DNA from: an uncultured Methanoregulaceae archaeon
GTDB lineage: Archaea > Halobacteriota > Methanomicrobia > Methanomicrobiales > Methanospirillaceae
Direction: 5' to 3'
Assembly (NCBI GenBank): GCA_963705255.1
Contig: OY970061.1
Coordinates: 2,304,001 to 2,368,000, forward strand
DNA length: 64,000 bases
Shown here: in pieces, positions 52,874 through 62,501 of the stretch
How positions within the stretch are numbered: the first letter of the stretch is position 1
How the letters are laid out: each line of letters starts with the position of its first letter
The notes under the pieces: generated by a model
Database searches by the model: none
Told to the model about the DNA's origin: nothing
The model's input: the letters and a program-made list of their open reading frames with translations, nothing else
Position numbers and translations under genes: made by a program

Positions 52874-53692
52874 TTATGCTCCCGCCCTGCGTTCATGCGT
52901 CCAGTTCCCTGCACCTGTGAACCCTGGGTGCGATGAGGTCTGGTTGCCGGAGCCCGCATGGTGCGGCTGGAACGAGCTTCCCTTCTGCCACCGGGTGCTG
53001 TTGCCGCCGTGCCAGCTCGTCCCGTTCGCGTTGGGATGTGCCGTATGGTACGCGGCCATCCACTGCATCACTCCATTCACGTTGCCGGAGGCGAGATCAG
53101 CCTGTACCCCGCTCACATCAACCCCTTGCTGTGCAATCTTCGTGACTCCGCTCTGGAGCCGCATCGCCAGCTGCGTGCTGTTTGCCATTATGCCCGGATG
53201 ATCCTTGTGCAGGGCCATCAGCTCCTGCATCGCGCCGGTGATGTTACCGGCGGCAAGGTCGGCCGTGGCCTGGGATACATCCACTCCCTTCTGGCTGAGG
53301 TTTGTGAGAACGGTCTGGAGACGGGCTGCCTGTGCTGTGGCATTCACCGCGTATTGCCGTGGGCTGTTTATTGCAATATCCGGGTGATCGTTATGATAGG
53401 CCATGAGCCACTGGGCAGCCGCCGTTACATTGCCCGCCGCAAGGTCAGCCTGGGCCGTGCTAGTGTCCACGCCCTGCTGGGTGAGGTTGGCAAGGACCGT
53501 CTGGAGCCGTGCCGCCTGCCGGGTGCTGTTGAATGTATGATGATAGGCGGTATTGCCCGCTGGAGTCCCTGCAGGGTCTCCTGAGGGAGAGAAGGCAGTC
53601 GCCGCGCTGACCGGGCTCATAATAAGTCCGATCACCGACACTACAATTGCAATGATGGCGACTACCCGGTAACTGGGTGTAGGTAGTTTCAT
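52874..53692 (-). CDS. Secreted protein with three ~55-aa helical repeats
   Basis: Signal peptide; repeats RLQ..L.NL.QQGVD.S...ADLA.GN...A.Q.LMA.H..HP. Confidence 0.75.
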   Translation of the reverse strand: MKLPTPSYRVVAIIAIVVSVIGLIMSPVSAATAFSPSGDPAGTPAGNTAYHHTFNSTRQAARLQTVLANLTQQGVDTSTAQADLAAGNVTAAAQWLMAYHNDHPDIAINSPRQYAVNATAQAARLQTVLTNLSQKGVDVSQATADLAAGNITGAMQELMALHKDHPGIMANSTQLAMRLQSGVTKIAQQGVDVSGVQADLASGNVNGVMQWMAAYHTAHPNANGTSWHGGNSTRWQKGSSFQPHHAGSGNQTSSHPGFTGAGNWTHERRAGA

Positions 53693-53882
53693 TCGTGTAT
53701 CATCTCTCTGGAAGAATTCCTGATGCGGGCTGAGTGGTGTGTACCCGCATCTTGTAAAGTATATGTTACATTTTGTAATATAAACTTTATGTTGTGTTGA
53801 ATATCACACCCATACCGGATCCTGAAGAAGGGTTTGAAGGCAGGTATGCGGATTGTGGGTCGAAACTACCCGATAGTCGGAA

Positions 53883-54065
53883 TTCGCAGAACTCTGACGA
53901 GTTCTTCTCGTCCTCGAATTTCACTTCGCTCAATTCTTCGCAACTCGAAGAAATTTGAGAATTTCTTCTCTAGCTCGAATCGCACTACGTGCGATTCTTC
54001 GGAATTCGAAGAAACCTGATGGTTTCTTCTCGAATGAATCTTCTCGCTACGCTCGAAAATTCATT
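53883..54065. repeat. Array of three 61-bp double-hairpin units
   Basis: Units start at 53883, 53944 and 54005; each is (T/C)TCG(A/C)AG-stem-TGAN-stem-CTTCTC followed by a second hairpin. Confidence 0.8.
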
Positions 54066-54075
54066 TAAAAAAATT

Positions 54076-55113
54076 TTAAATGAGTTTGAAGATTGGATGG
54101 TTATCTGCCTTGACATCGATACCGAGCGGGCGCACTGCCTCAAGGACAGCGATGTCTGTATAGGCCTGTGCAGTGATCATTGCTTCTACGTTCTCAATGG
54201 GACCGTACATAATGAGGTCTGCACCAAGCGTGCTTGCGATCATGTTGCAACCGATATCGGGTGCAGACCATGCAGCCTGCTTGATACCTTCTATGCCACC
54301 AAGGTAGTGGTGGGACATCTGCTGGAGGAGGGCGTCTTTGCCCGCATATCCTGCTGCCAGTAAGGAGGGGGTTTTGCTCGTCCCCTTCCAGCGGCGGAGC
54401 CATGTCCAGGCAACGGTCATGTTGTGGTACGCTCCACCGGTCGGGTAGCCGTGGATAGCCTTACAGGCAAGGATCTCACGGTATGCACTTCCTGAACCGA
54501 GACCGAGCGGGGTCGCTGCAGTGTCGAGGATCGGGCGTTTGATACCGCACTCTTCTGCAATCTGGAGCATTCCCTTGGCCTGCCCTGCCACGCCACCCTC
54601 TACGAGCACTTTCTCCCTGCCTGCGACCGACGGGTCTGCAGGGTTGAATGCGAGGACGATGGCTGCGTCCACATCACTGTTCTTTAGTGCCTCAATGCTC
54701 TCCGGTGTGATCGAACCGTTGATTGAGTTGTAGATCGCACGGTGTGCAAGCCCGACATCAGTCACATATTTGCATGCATGGGCAAGTGCCTTCGGTACCG
54801 ATGAGTCCATCAGGAACGCGGTCTTGTTGTCGATGCTGTCAAACCAGCTGATGTATTTCTCGAACGCCTCTGGATATTCTGCGAGGATCTGGATGAAATG
54901 CGGAATTCCTACGGTATCAGAGAGTACCTGACAGCGGTTCCACAGTGCTTCTGCCTTTGCCTTGTCAATCTGTCCTGTCTTGTCATCAAGCACGACCTCA
55001 TGCTTGTTGTAGAATATTGAGGCCGCTAATACGGTCGGGTACTCACCGGGCTGTCCACCGATCTTGGTGCCGTTGAAGTCCCAGACACTCTGTTCTTTCT
55101 CGAATTTGAACAT
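54076..55113 (-). CDS. mtrH: Methyl-H4MPT:CoM methyltransferase subunit H
   Basis: MFKFEKEQ, IGGQPGEYPT, YNSIN, ADLIMYGPIE. Confidence 0.97.
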   Translation of the reverse strand: MFKFEKEQSVWDFNGTKIGGQPGEYPTVLAASIFYNKHEVVLDDKTGQIDKAKAEALWNRCQVLSDTVGIPHFIQILAEYPEAFEKYISWFDSIDNKTAFLMDSSVPKALAHACKYVTDVGLAHRAIYNSINGSITPESIEALKNSDVDAAIVLAFNPADPSVAGREKVLVEGGVAGQAKGMLQIAEECGIKRPILDTAATPLGLGSGSAYREILACKAIHGYPTGGAYHNMTVAWTWLRRWKGTSKTPSLLAAGYAGKDALLQQMSHHYLGGIEGIKQAAWSAPDIGCNMIASTLGADLIMYGPIENVEAMITAQAYTDIAVLEAVRPLGIDVKADNHPIFKLI

Positions 55114-55130
55114 GTTATTTTACACCTCCA

Positions 55131-55865
55131 TTACACCATTGTCATCAATTTCTGGTACAAAAACAGCAGCATCACAAATACGATAACGCCTGCCATGAGG
55201 CCGTACAGTATGCCGATATCCCGACCAATCTTTCGTCCAACACGCTGTGCAACCTCTGCATCCACGAACTCGATCTTCTTCTCGATCTTGTCGAGTTTCT
55301 TCTCGAGTTCGAGGAACTGCGGGTTTGCAGCTGCAGAGGCAGCTTCAGCGCCACCTGCTTCCTTGACTTCAACGACGATGGGGTCAGCAGCGAACGCGCC
55401 CGGGTCACGGGCCTTGAGTTCGTTGATCTTCGCCTTGATGGCGCCCAGGTCTTCGCTTTCCATGATATTGACGACTTCCGTCTGTTCCTGGAAACGCTTG
55501 ATATGGACGTCCGTGAGGTTTTCGATGAAGGGAATAGCACCTTCAGCGCCGACGACCCTGCCTTCCTTGACACCGTTCTTGTGGAGTGCCCCGAAGGTCT
55601 GGCCAGAGAGGTGGCCCTTGACTTCCGTACCGCAGAACAGGACGAACCTGATGTTGGGGTTGGAGATAACGTTGGCGATGACTTTCTCGAGGCCGAGGTT
55701 TTCCGTCTTACAGGAACCGCAGAGAGCGGCGCCTGCATCGCAGAGGCCCTTTTCGTCGAGGTGAGATCCCATGGTGACAACAGCCACGGGGCTGTTGGCG
55801 TCACCGGAGATAAAGTCACCCTTGATGAGCGGCCATCCGCTTGCTGGTGATTTCTTGTCTGCCAT
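55131..55865 (-). CDS. mtrA: MtrA-MtrG fusion subunit
   Basis: MtrA domain ([21 protein letters not shown]) joined to an MtrG segment ([10 protein letters not shown]...[16 protein letters not shown]). Confidence 0.93.
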   Translation of the reverse strand: MADKKSPASGWPLIKGDFISGDANSPVAVVTMGSHLDEKGLCDAGAALCGSCKTENLGLEKVIANVISNPNIRFVLFCGTEVKGHLSGQTFGALHKNGVKEGRVVGAEGAIPFIENLTDVHIKRFQEQTEVVNIMESEDLGAIKAKINELKARDPGAFAADPIVVEVKEAGGAEAASAAANPQFLELEKKLDKIEKKIEFVDAEVAQRVGRKIGRDIGILYGLMAGVIVFVMLLFLYQKLMTMV

Positions 55866-55875
55866 TTCTTTCACC

Positions 55876-56079
55876 TCATCCCACCAGTAATGCAGGCAGC
55901 ACGATCAGGATCAATGCAACGAGCAACCCTGCCATAAAGCCGATCAGACCGGATGCAGTGACTGCTGAGTCAATCTTGTTGGTCCTTGCCAGGATCTGCG
56001 ACTTGTAGCGGATATTCTCCACCATGTTTTCGATCGCCACCATCCTGACGGGTCCTGTTGATTTTGCTTCTTCTGCCAT
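55876..56079 (-). CDS. mtrF: Mtr subunit F
   Basis: [16 protein letters not shown] plus TM helix. Confidence 0.92.
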   Translation of the reverse strand: MAEEAKSTGPVRMVAIENMVENIRYKSQILARTNKIDSAVTASGLIGFMAGLLVALILIVLPALLVG

Positions 56080-56085
56080 CTCATC

Positions 56086-56808
56086 TCACCTCAACATCAG
56101 GAATCCGACCAGGGCAAACGAGATGATCAGACCGATCATCAGGCCTTCGATCTTACCTGCATAGACCCCGGCGGCAAACTTGTCCCGGTATCCGATATCC
56201 GTGACCATCTTTTCGATGACTTTGATGCGGGCAGTGATGAGTGCCATCTCGCCTGAGAGCGGACGGACTTCGCCGCCTGCTTCTTCAGCGCCACCTCCGG
56301 CTTCCTTGACCTCGACGACGACGGGATCGCCGGCGAACGCACCCGGGTCGCGGGCCTTGAGTTCGTTCATCTTCGCCTTGATGACGCCCAGGTCTTCGCT
56401 TTCCATGATATTGACGACTTCCGTCTGTTCCTGGAAACGCTTGATATGGGCTTCAGTGAGGTTTTCGATGAAGGGAATAGCACCTTCAGCGCCGACGACC
56501 CTGCCTTCCTTGACACCGTTCTTGTGGAGTGCCCCGAAGGTCTGGCCAGAGAGGTGGCCCTTGACTTCCGTACCGCAGAACAGAACGAACCGGATGTTGG
56601 GGTTGGAGATAACGTTGGCGATGACTTTCTCGAGGCCGAGGTTTTCCGTCTTACAGGAACCGCAGAGAGCGGCGCCTGCATCGCAGAGGCCCTTTTCGTC
56701 GAGGTGAGATCCCATGGTGACAACAGCCACGGGGCTGTTGGCGTCACCGGAGATAAAGTCACCCTTGATGAGCGGCCATCCGCTTGCTGGTGATTTCTTG
56801 TCTGCCAT
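56086..56808 (-). CDS. mtrA: Mtr subunit A
   Basis: [23 protein letters not shown] plus TM helix. Confidence 0.96.
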   Translation of the reverse strand: MADKKSPASGWPLIKGDFISGDANSPVAVVTMGSHLDEKGLCDAGAALCGSCKTENLGLEKVIANVISNPNIRFVLFCGTEVKGHLSGQTFGALHKNGVKEGRVVGAEGAIPFIENLTEAHIKRFQEQTEVVNIMESEDLGVIKAKMNELKARDPGAFAGDPVVVEVKEAGGGAEEAGGEVRPLSGEMALITARIKVIEKMVTDIGYRDKFAAGVYAGKIEGLMIGLIISFALVGFLMLR

Positions 56809-56810
56809 AG

Positions 56811-57104
56811 TTAGCCCACCTTGATCAGCTGGAATGCAATGATTCCTGCAATGAATAGTCCAACGGCAAGCCCGTACCAGAACGACGTGATGGTGCCACC
56901 GATCTTCAGCCCGTGATCCCTGTTGGGGAACGACGCGAGGAAATTGCCTTCTCCCGAGAGCATGTTGACGAGATCGTCACTGGTTGCTTCAATGACTGCG
57001 ACCTTCTCGATGACGGGTGAGAGCGATTCCCCGGCTGATGTCACGAGACCGACTATCGGGTCTGCGACAAGCCCGAATTCCGGGAGTACCTGAATGTATG
57101 CCAT
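56811..57104 (-). CDS. mtrB: Mtr subunit B
   Basis: [19 protein letters not shown]. Confidence 0.92.
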   Translation of the reverse strand: MAYIQVLPEFGLVADPIVGLVTSAGESLSPVIEKVAVIEATSDDLVNMLSGEGNFLASFPNRDHGLKIGGTITSFWYGLAVGLFIAGIIAFQLIKVG

Positions 57105-57105
57105 G

Positions 57106-57954
57106 TCAGTGTCCCTCCACTTCAGGAATCGGTTTTGCATCGAGCCATGCAGCGGCGTCGCGCTTCGATAATATCATGTACTCCTTATACGTGTACGCCC
57201 AGCCGATGAGTGCAATGATCAGCGAAATGATAGCTGAACCGGCACTGATCAGGGCAAAGGACATGATTGCGGCAACGGCCATGCTCAGGAAACCGCATTC
57301 CGCGGTGAGCATGAGCATGCGGTCCTGTTTCCAGCCGGGCCCGAGCGTTGCGTTGAACGGGTGCTGGATTGCGATCGCACCGAGCAGGAAGGCTACGGCG
57401 ATCAGGCAGCCGCCAAGGAATGACTGCTGGTTGGTGAGCAGGGTCTGTCCGAGAACAGATACTGTTCCGGTCGTCAGTCCGGCAAAGGTGAATCCACCGG
57501 TGATGAGCGCTGCAAATCCCATAAGGGTGAGTGCACCAACGACTGCCATCTCCGTGAGTGCCTGGACCATTGCCGGGATCCTCATGTTCAGGATGTTGTT
57601 TGCCGTATACCCGAGGATGAACCCGATGACGGCCGCAAGGACCAATGCTACGACTGGAGCGAGGTTACCGAACTTGGTTGCCAGCAGCATTGCCATCACA
57701 CCCGAACCGAATGCGATCATACCTGCGGACGGCACACCGGTACCGATACCATAGCTGCAGAGCACCTTGATGGTGTGGCTGCCCCAGATCAATGCTGCAA
57801 CCACGGCAAGTCCACCGAAGAACGAGAACATCTCGGTGTTGGTGAGTACATTGAGGTACGTAAGGTAGAGACACACGAGGGTGCTCACGAGGCCCGCGAT
57901 CAGGATCTTATTGTGCGGAACGCCCCCTTCAATTACTTCAACTTTTACTGTCAT
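57106..57954 (-). CDS. mtrC: Mtr subunit C
   Basis: YGIGTGVPSAG, HPFNATLGP. Confidence 0.95.
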   Translation of the reverse strand: MTVKVEVIEGGVPHNKILIAGLVSTLVCLYLTYLNVLTNTEMFSFFGGLAVVAALIWGSHTIKVLCSYGIGTGVPSAGMIAFGSGVMAMLLATKFGNLAPVVALVLAAVIGFILGYTANNILNMRIPAMVQALTEMAVVGALTLMGFAALITGGFTFAGLTTGTVSVLGQTLLTNQQSFLGGCLIAVAFLLGAIAIQHPFNATLGPGWKQDRMLMLTAECGFLSMAVAAIMSFALISAGSAIISLIIALIGWAYTYKEYMILSKRDAAAWLDAKPIPEVEGH

Positions 57955-57964
57955 CTTCAACACC

Positions 57965-58804
57965 TCACCATGCAACGATCAGGACCGCCACGAGACCGCA
58001 TAGCGCGGATGCTACGGCGGATGCAACGATCGCCCGTGGCCAGCGCTTGAATTTCGGGTCGTGGGGACCTTCGATGGTTCCCGTGATATTGTAAGCGGTG
58101 AGAACCGCGTTCACAAGGAATAAGCCCACGGCAAATATCCCTGCCATCGATACGGCGATAGGGGTCACCTGGGCTGCAGTCACGGTCATGACACCGGGGA
58201 GCGTTGCCTTGTAGAGATTGAGGAGCTCGAGGTAAATGAGTGTACCGCCGGCACCTCCGAGGATACCTCCTGTAACGCCGCCGACGAATGAGACGAAGGG
58301 AAGGCCGTGACCTTCGGTACCCTGGGACTTGTACTCTGCCTGGGTGTCACCGGTGATCGGGTCCCTGGCAACCTTACCGGATGCTGAAGGGATACCCATG
58401 CCGAAGACGTAGACAAAGTTCACCATCATACAGGTGATGGCCATCATGAGGTCGCCGCCGACTCCGCCGGATATGATCACAACGGCCATACCCTGGCCCG
58501 AGGCAGCTGCCCATGCGCCACCAAAGAGACCGGCGAGGCCGGCACCGGCTGCGAGCATCGCGACACCGGTCGCAATACCGGGGGCCTGTCCCATAGCTGC
58601 GGGAGCACCGCCGACCGGGACGAAGTGGGTGCCGAAACCGATCAGGACACCACCGATGACTACACCGACGAGTGCCATAAGGCCCATGCCCGGCGATACG
58701 TACCAGCAGATTGCGAGCAGGATGATGAGCAGGACAACGCCGACGCCCATTGCGGTCGGGTTCATTGCTGCACCTGCCTGGGGTTTTGCTGCTACTGCGG
58801 TCAT
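57965..58804 (-). CDS. mtrD: Mtr subunit D
   Basis: HFVPVGGAPAAM, GTEGHGLP, GTIEGPHDPKFKR. Confidence 0.96.
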   Translation of the reverse strand: MTAVAAKPQAGAAMNPTAMGVGVVLLIILLAICWYVSPGMGLMALVGVVIGGVLIGFGTHFVPVGGAPAAMGQAPGIATGVAMLAAGAGLAGLFGGAWAAASGQGMAVVIISGGVGGDLMMAITCMMVNFVYVFGMGIPSASGKVARDPITGDTQAEYKSQGTEGHGLPFVSFVGGVTGGILGGAGGTLIYLELLNLYKATLPGVMTVTAAQVTPIAVSMAGIFAVGLFLVNAVLTAYNITGTIEGPHDPKFKRWPRAIVASAVASALCGLVAVLIVAW

Positions 58805-59700
58805 GCTGATGCCTCCTTGGCCTCAGTGTATGGTCCGTAGTTCCTGCGGGCCCAGACCTCGATGTACCGGTCTACGACCGTGAAGATGAGGATGATCAGG
58901 ATACCGGCGATGATTGCACCCCACCCGGCGCTGACCTGCTCGAAGAGGACAGTTCGCCAGAGTTCAAGGAAGACAATCAGACCGAAACAGACACCGGATG
59001 CGGAACCGCCGATCTTGGTGGTGAACCAGCCGTTGTCAATCGAGTTGCGCTCGCCTGCTTCGGCATAGCGGACGATGTTACCGGACGCCGAGATCGGGAC
59101 ACCTGCACCGAACTTCTGGTTCTGGTACTGGCGTTCCTTCCCGTAGTACGGGTTGCCTGTCGCAGATCCCGCTGCACCGAGAGCGATACCCCAGACCAGA
59201 CCGAGCAGCGGCAGCGGGAACGGGTGTCCCAGTGCGCTGTTCATCAAGTGACAGAGTGTAACGGTAGCGAAAATTGCGATAAAGGCATGTGCCATGGTAA
59301 CCGTCGTCATGGACTTGAGGATGTCCACGTAGATCGGCTGCCCGAACTTGGCGAGACTTGCCGTCCTGCCCAGGTATGCTGTGGTAGCATAGACGCCCTG
59401 TACCAATACTGCGAGTACAGAGCCCAGGACGATAGCAAGGACCGCGTTCATCTGCATCGCCATGAATGCCCATGCCAGGCCTGCGCCCAGGCAGCACCAG
59501 AGACCGTATGCCGGGGGTTCACCAGCAACCGCCTTGTTAAAGATGCGGTGCAGGAATCCCATCTGCGGCGCGAGCTGAACCTGTGAGTTCGGGTCACCCT
59601 GGGACCCGATGTTGGATTCAGTATCTTCCGCAGCACCGGCTACAGTGGCAAGAGCTCCAGCCAATGCAGTAATTCCAATGCCAAATACAATATGTTCCAT
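58801..59700 (-). CDS. mtrE: Mtr subunit E
   Basis: EDTESNIGSQGDPNSQVQLAPQMG, NKAVAGEP. Confidence 0.97.
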   Translation of the reverse strand: MEHIVFGIGITALAGALATVAGAAEDTESNIGSQGDPNSQVQLAPQMGFLHRIFNKAVAGEPPAYGLWCCLGAGLAWAFMAMQMNAVLAIVLGSVLAVLVQGVYATTAYLGRTASLAKFGQPIYVDILKSMTTVTMAHAFIAIFATVTLCHLMNSALGHPFPLPLLGLVWGIALGAAGSATGNPYYGKERQYQNQKFGAGVPISASGNIVRYAEAGERNSIDNGWFTTKIGGSASGVCFGLIVFLELWRTVLFEQVSAGWGAIIAGILIILIFTVVDRYIEVWARRNYGPYTEAKEASA

Positions 59701-60000
59701 TTAGCCTCCTCCCTACGTGCGAATGCACGAGAGTATTCAAAATGCAATGCCACGCACAACGAGTAGATACTCTTTGTGGTTAGTGTAAAATTGGCGACCG
59801 CCCGATTAAAAGGTTTCGAATTTATTTCGGCGATAGAAGAGTATATTAAGCCCGAATTAAAAATTAGGCGCCGTTTTGGGATTTTTTAATCATGTGGATT
59901 TGTGTTAAGGAAAATTAAGTTGTGTTGGAGTCAATAGGGGTTGCGTTATCGACGGAAGGTGTCAGGTGATTGAAAATCCTGAAAAAACAGGCCGGGAAGA

Positions 60001-60260
60001 GGGGGTGTAGGACCTCTCCTCCCGGGCAAAACCTTGGGGGCTAGTCGAAGAACTCCGTTCACTCGAAGGCCCTCTGCCTTCTCATGTCTCGGGCCCGACA
60101 TCCCTCAACAGGTCGAAGAACTGCGTTCTTCTCCTGCTTCGGGTCTGATGACCCTCAGCATTCTCCAGCCTCACCCTTTCAGGGTTCGGCTCAGGCCAGC
60201 GCCGTCACCCCGTCCGCCCAGGTTTCGATCCGTGTGCGGATCGCGTCGTCCTCGTAAGAC
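60001..60260. repeat. Degenerate hairpin-cassette cluster related to the MITE interior (opposite orientation)
   Basis: AGTCGAAGAACTC, CGAAGGC-cctct-GCCTTCTC, CGAAGAAC-tgc-GTTCTTCTC, GGGTC-TGAT-GACCC, TTCTCCAGCCT. Confidence 0.6.
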
Positions 60261-60286
60261 GAGATGGTCACCTGCTGGCGGGATCT

Positions 60287-60510
60287 CTCAATTTGAATTC
60301 TCCTCAATATCAGATTGAACGATAGATTCCGATGAGGTTAGAAAGAAGATCCTCTCAATTCCTTATTCGGAATGGAAAAAACATGGATTCTCCAAAGGTG
60401 GCTCAAATTATATGAAGAAGAATGTGGAGAGTGATAAGTCGTTTACTCTAAATAAGCATGTCAGGGTGCGGTTGGATCAGTGGAATGAGGGTGTAAAAAC
60501 TCAAACATAA
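60287..60510 (+). pseudogene. 3' remnant resembling the C-terminal HTH of methanogen stand-alone Cas1
   Basis: Hand translation LNLNSPQYQIER/DSDEVRKKILSIPYSEWKKHGFSKGGSNYMKKNVESDKSFTLNKHVRVRLDQW; no start codon, one frameshift; family recognised from memory. Confidence 0.65.
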
Positions 60511-60615
60511 TGGCTAATATCGGGTTCGCAAATTGAGAGAGGAGTGTCGGCGGGCTAACGAGAAAAATAATATCGAAGAAAAAGTCTTTCATCGATTAAA
60601 ACCTTTTTTATCGTA

Positions 60616-61641
60616 ATGGTAATTAGAAAGAACATCAAGAAATTTCGGGAGTCTATCAATAAATTTGATATAAAAAGGCTGAAATTAGGGAGAAGGAAAG
60701 ATGGAAAAAATGGGGCTGCCCTTTCCGCGTCTCCTAATAGCAATAGAGAAACGACAGACGATGGTATTTTTTTATTTTTTCGAGAAAATGCTGATATTTT
60801 AGCCGCTATTGGTCTAATCGGGACAATGATATCGCTGATGCCTTCATTTCTTGAAAAACTTAATGACGATGTTTGGTTAGGAACATTTTCTAGTTTTCAA
60901 ATAACTTCTTTATTCTTATCAATAGTTGCGGGTATTATCTTCATTTTTTTACTTTTTTTAACCATTTGGGACAAATATTATCAAGCAAATGTCGAATTAC
61001 CGTTCGCGATTCTTCTTTTATTTTTTAGTATTTTTTTGATAGCCTTTTTACTTTTAATTTATTCAGCGATCCTGAAATATTTGTATGTTCAAGTTCTCCT
61101 TTTGGTAATCTACAGTTTCTTGGCGTATTTTTTAATATGTAATCTTAAAAACGAGACGAAAAAATCTAAAATTTTTTCAGTATTAGTGATTATTTTTTTA
61201 GTCATTTTGATTCTAATTAGCAGTATTGCTGGTTCGATTACAGTGTTTTCTATTGGAGTTGCGATCCCAGATTCAAACAATACAAAAATTCAAGCGGACG
61301 TGAATTATTATTCCCCGTTAATTCCTCAAACATATGGAATAGGGTTTTCACCGACTACGAACAAAAAAATATCTTTTAATAATTATAACATAACTTGGAC
61401 GACTGATTTTGGATATTTTTTCATTTTCGACGCAAATTATGACAGAATTAAATATTTAGGAAATTCTACAATAAATCATGGTCAAGTAGTTTATTGGACT
61501 TATGATAAAGAAAAAATTGGGCAAAATAAACCCGTAGTTAACGTATCAATGATAATAAAAAATCAATCCAATGAAACTTTGACAACATCATTCTTACAAA
61601 TAAATTGGTCTAATATTGATATGGCGCATGTAATTACATGA
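60616..61641 (+). CDS. AT-rich hypothetical multi-pass membrane protein (likely horizontally acquired)
   Basis: 341-aa ORF, about five TM helices plus an Asn-rich C-terminal domain; markedly lower GC than the rest of the window. Confidence 0.7.
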   Translation: MVIRKNIKKFRESINKFDIKRLKLGRRKDGKNGAALSASPNSNRETTDDGIFLFFRENADILAAIGLIGTMISLMPSFLEKLNDDVWLGTFSSFQITSLFLSIVAGIIFIFLLFLTIWDKYYQANVELPFAILLLFFSIFLIAFLLLIYSAILKYLYVQVLLLVIYSFLAYFLICNLKNETKKSKIFSVLVIIFLVILILISSIAGSITVFSIGVAIPDSNNTKIQADVNYYSPLIPQTYGIGFSPTTNKKISFNNYNITWTTDFGYFFIFDANYDRIKYLGNSTINHGQVVYWTYDKEKIGQNKPVVNVSMIIKNQSNETLTTSFLQINWSNIDMAHVIT

Positions 61642-61779
61642 TACCATTTTCTTTTTTACTTTGATACTTTTGCAGAACAGTGATATCAATCGCGATGTAG
61701 AATGTGACGTGTGGCATTTTGCAGATACCTATAACCCCCCTTAGTTAATGCGAGGGTTATGATTCGAACCTCCAGATTT

Positions 61780-62406
61780 TCCATCCCCCTCCAGACCCCC
61801 TCCTCAGAGGGGTCCCCTACCCCCTACTCCTCCGGGCATGGGAGGGGTACCCCCCGCTCTGCTGAGGGAGGGGTAGCTACCCCCCTGTCTGACAGCCCCA
61901 GCACCTGCCCTTCCCCTGGAATATCCGACGGTATATTCTGTTTTTGCCGGCCCAGATAAAAGGGGGGGATACCCACCCCACCTTGCCTGAGGGGGGTACC
62001 CCCTTGTCCTGTGCAGGGAGGGGTACCCCTCCCCCCTGCCCCCCTTTGCTCAGACCACTCCCTCCACCCCACCCGTCCCTCAGTGAGAGGGGTAGGTACC
62101 TCTCTCGTGTTGCATGCCCGTGATCTTAAATTCGCGTGGAGTTCCCGTCGGTGAATCCGGTTTCCGGGCGGGTCCTGATCAAGGGGGTACCCACCTCTCA
62201 TATGCTAAGAGGGGTACCTACCCCCCCTTCCCCTGCCTCATTAGAAGGGGCACCCCCATCCCCGCAATCCAGCAGCAGGGGGGGGTCACCCCCCACGTGA
62301 AAACCAAACGGAGGGGGGGGTCGGATTGCGTCTGGAAAAAAGTTGGAGGGGGGGTTACCCCCCTGTTGAAAAATAAACGGGAGGGGGGTCGACCGTTGAC
62401 TCCCCC
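61780..62406. repeat. G/C-tract palindrome region (GGGGTACCCC-type hairpins, then ~35-bp modules)
   Basis: More than 10 G-tract/C-tract palindromes, e.g. GGGAGGGGTACCCCTCCC near 62016; modules shared with 10428-10714. Confidence 0.75.
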
Positions 62407-62501
62407 ATTGCTTTTGGGCCGGGCGGGGCCAGCCAGTGTATCACAGAGGCATTATGGTAATCTGTATGACAAGGTAATATACGAAAAGACCGGGCGTTTG
62501 C

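Noticed and set aside
53883-54065. 61-bp periodic array as a mini-CRISPR
   Set aside because: The variable parts are self-complementary stems within the units rather than unique spacers; there is no invariant 25-40-nt repeat, leader or cas operon
60141-60160. CTGATGA/CTGACGA motifs in the hairpin cassettes as hammerhead ribozyme cores or C/D boxes
   Set aside because: The motif lies in the loop and stem of its own hairpin, there is no correctly placed GAAA or stem II, and other cassettes (TTGAGAA, CTGATGG) break the consensus
61759-62500. G/P-rich ORFs in the G-tract regions (also 10180..10646)
   Set aside because: Translations simply reflect homopolymer tracts; only the 3' part of 62114..62716 corresponds to a real HicB-like gene
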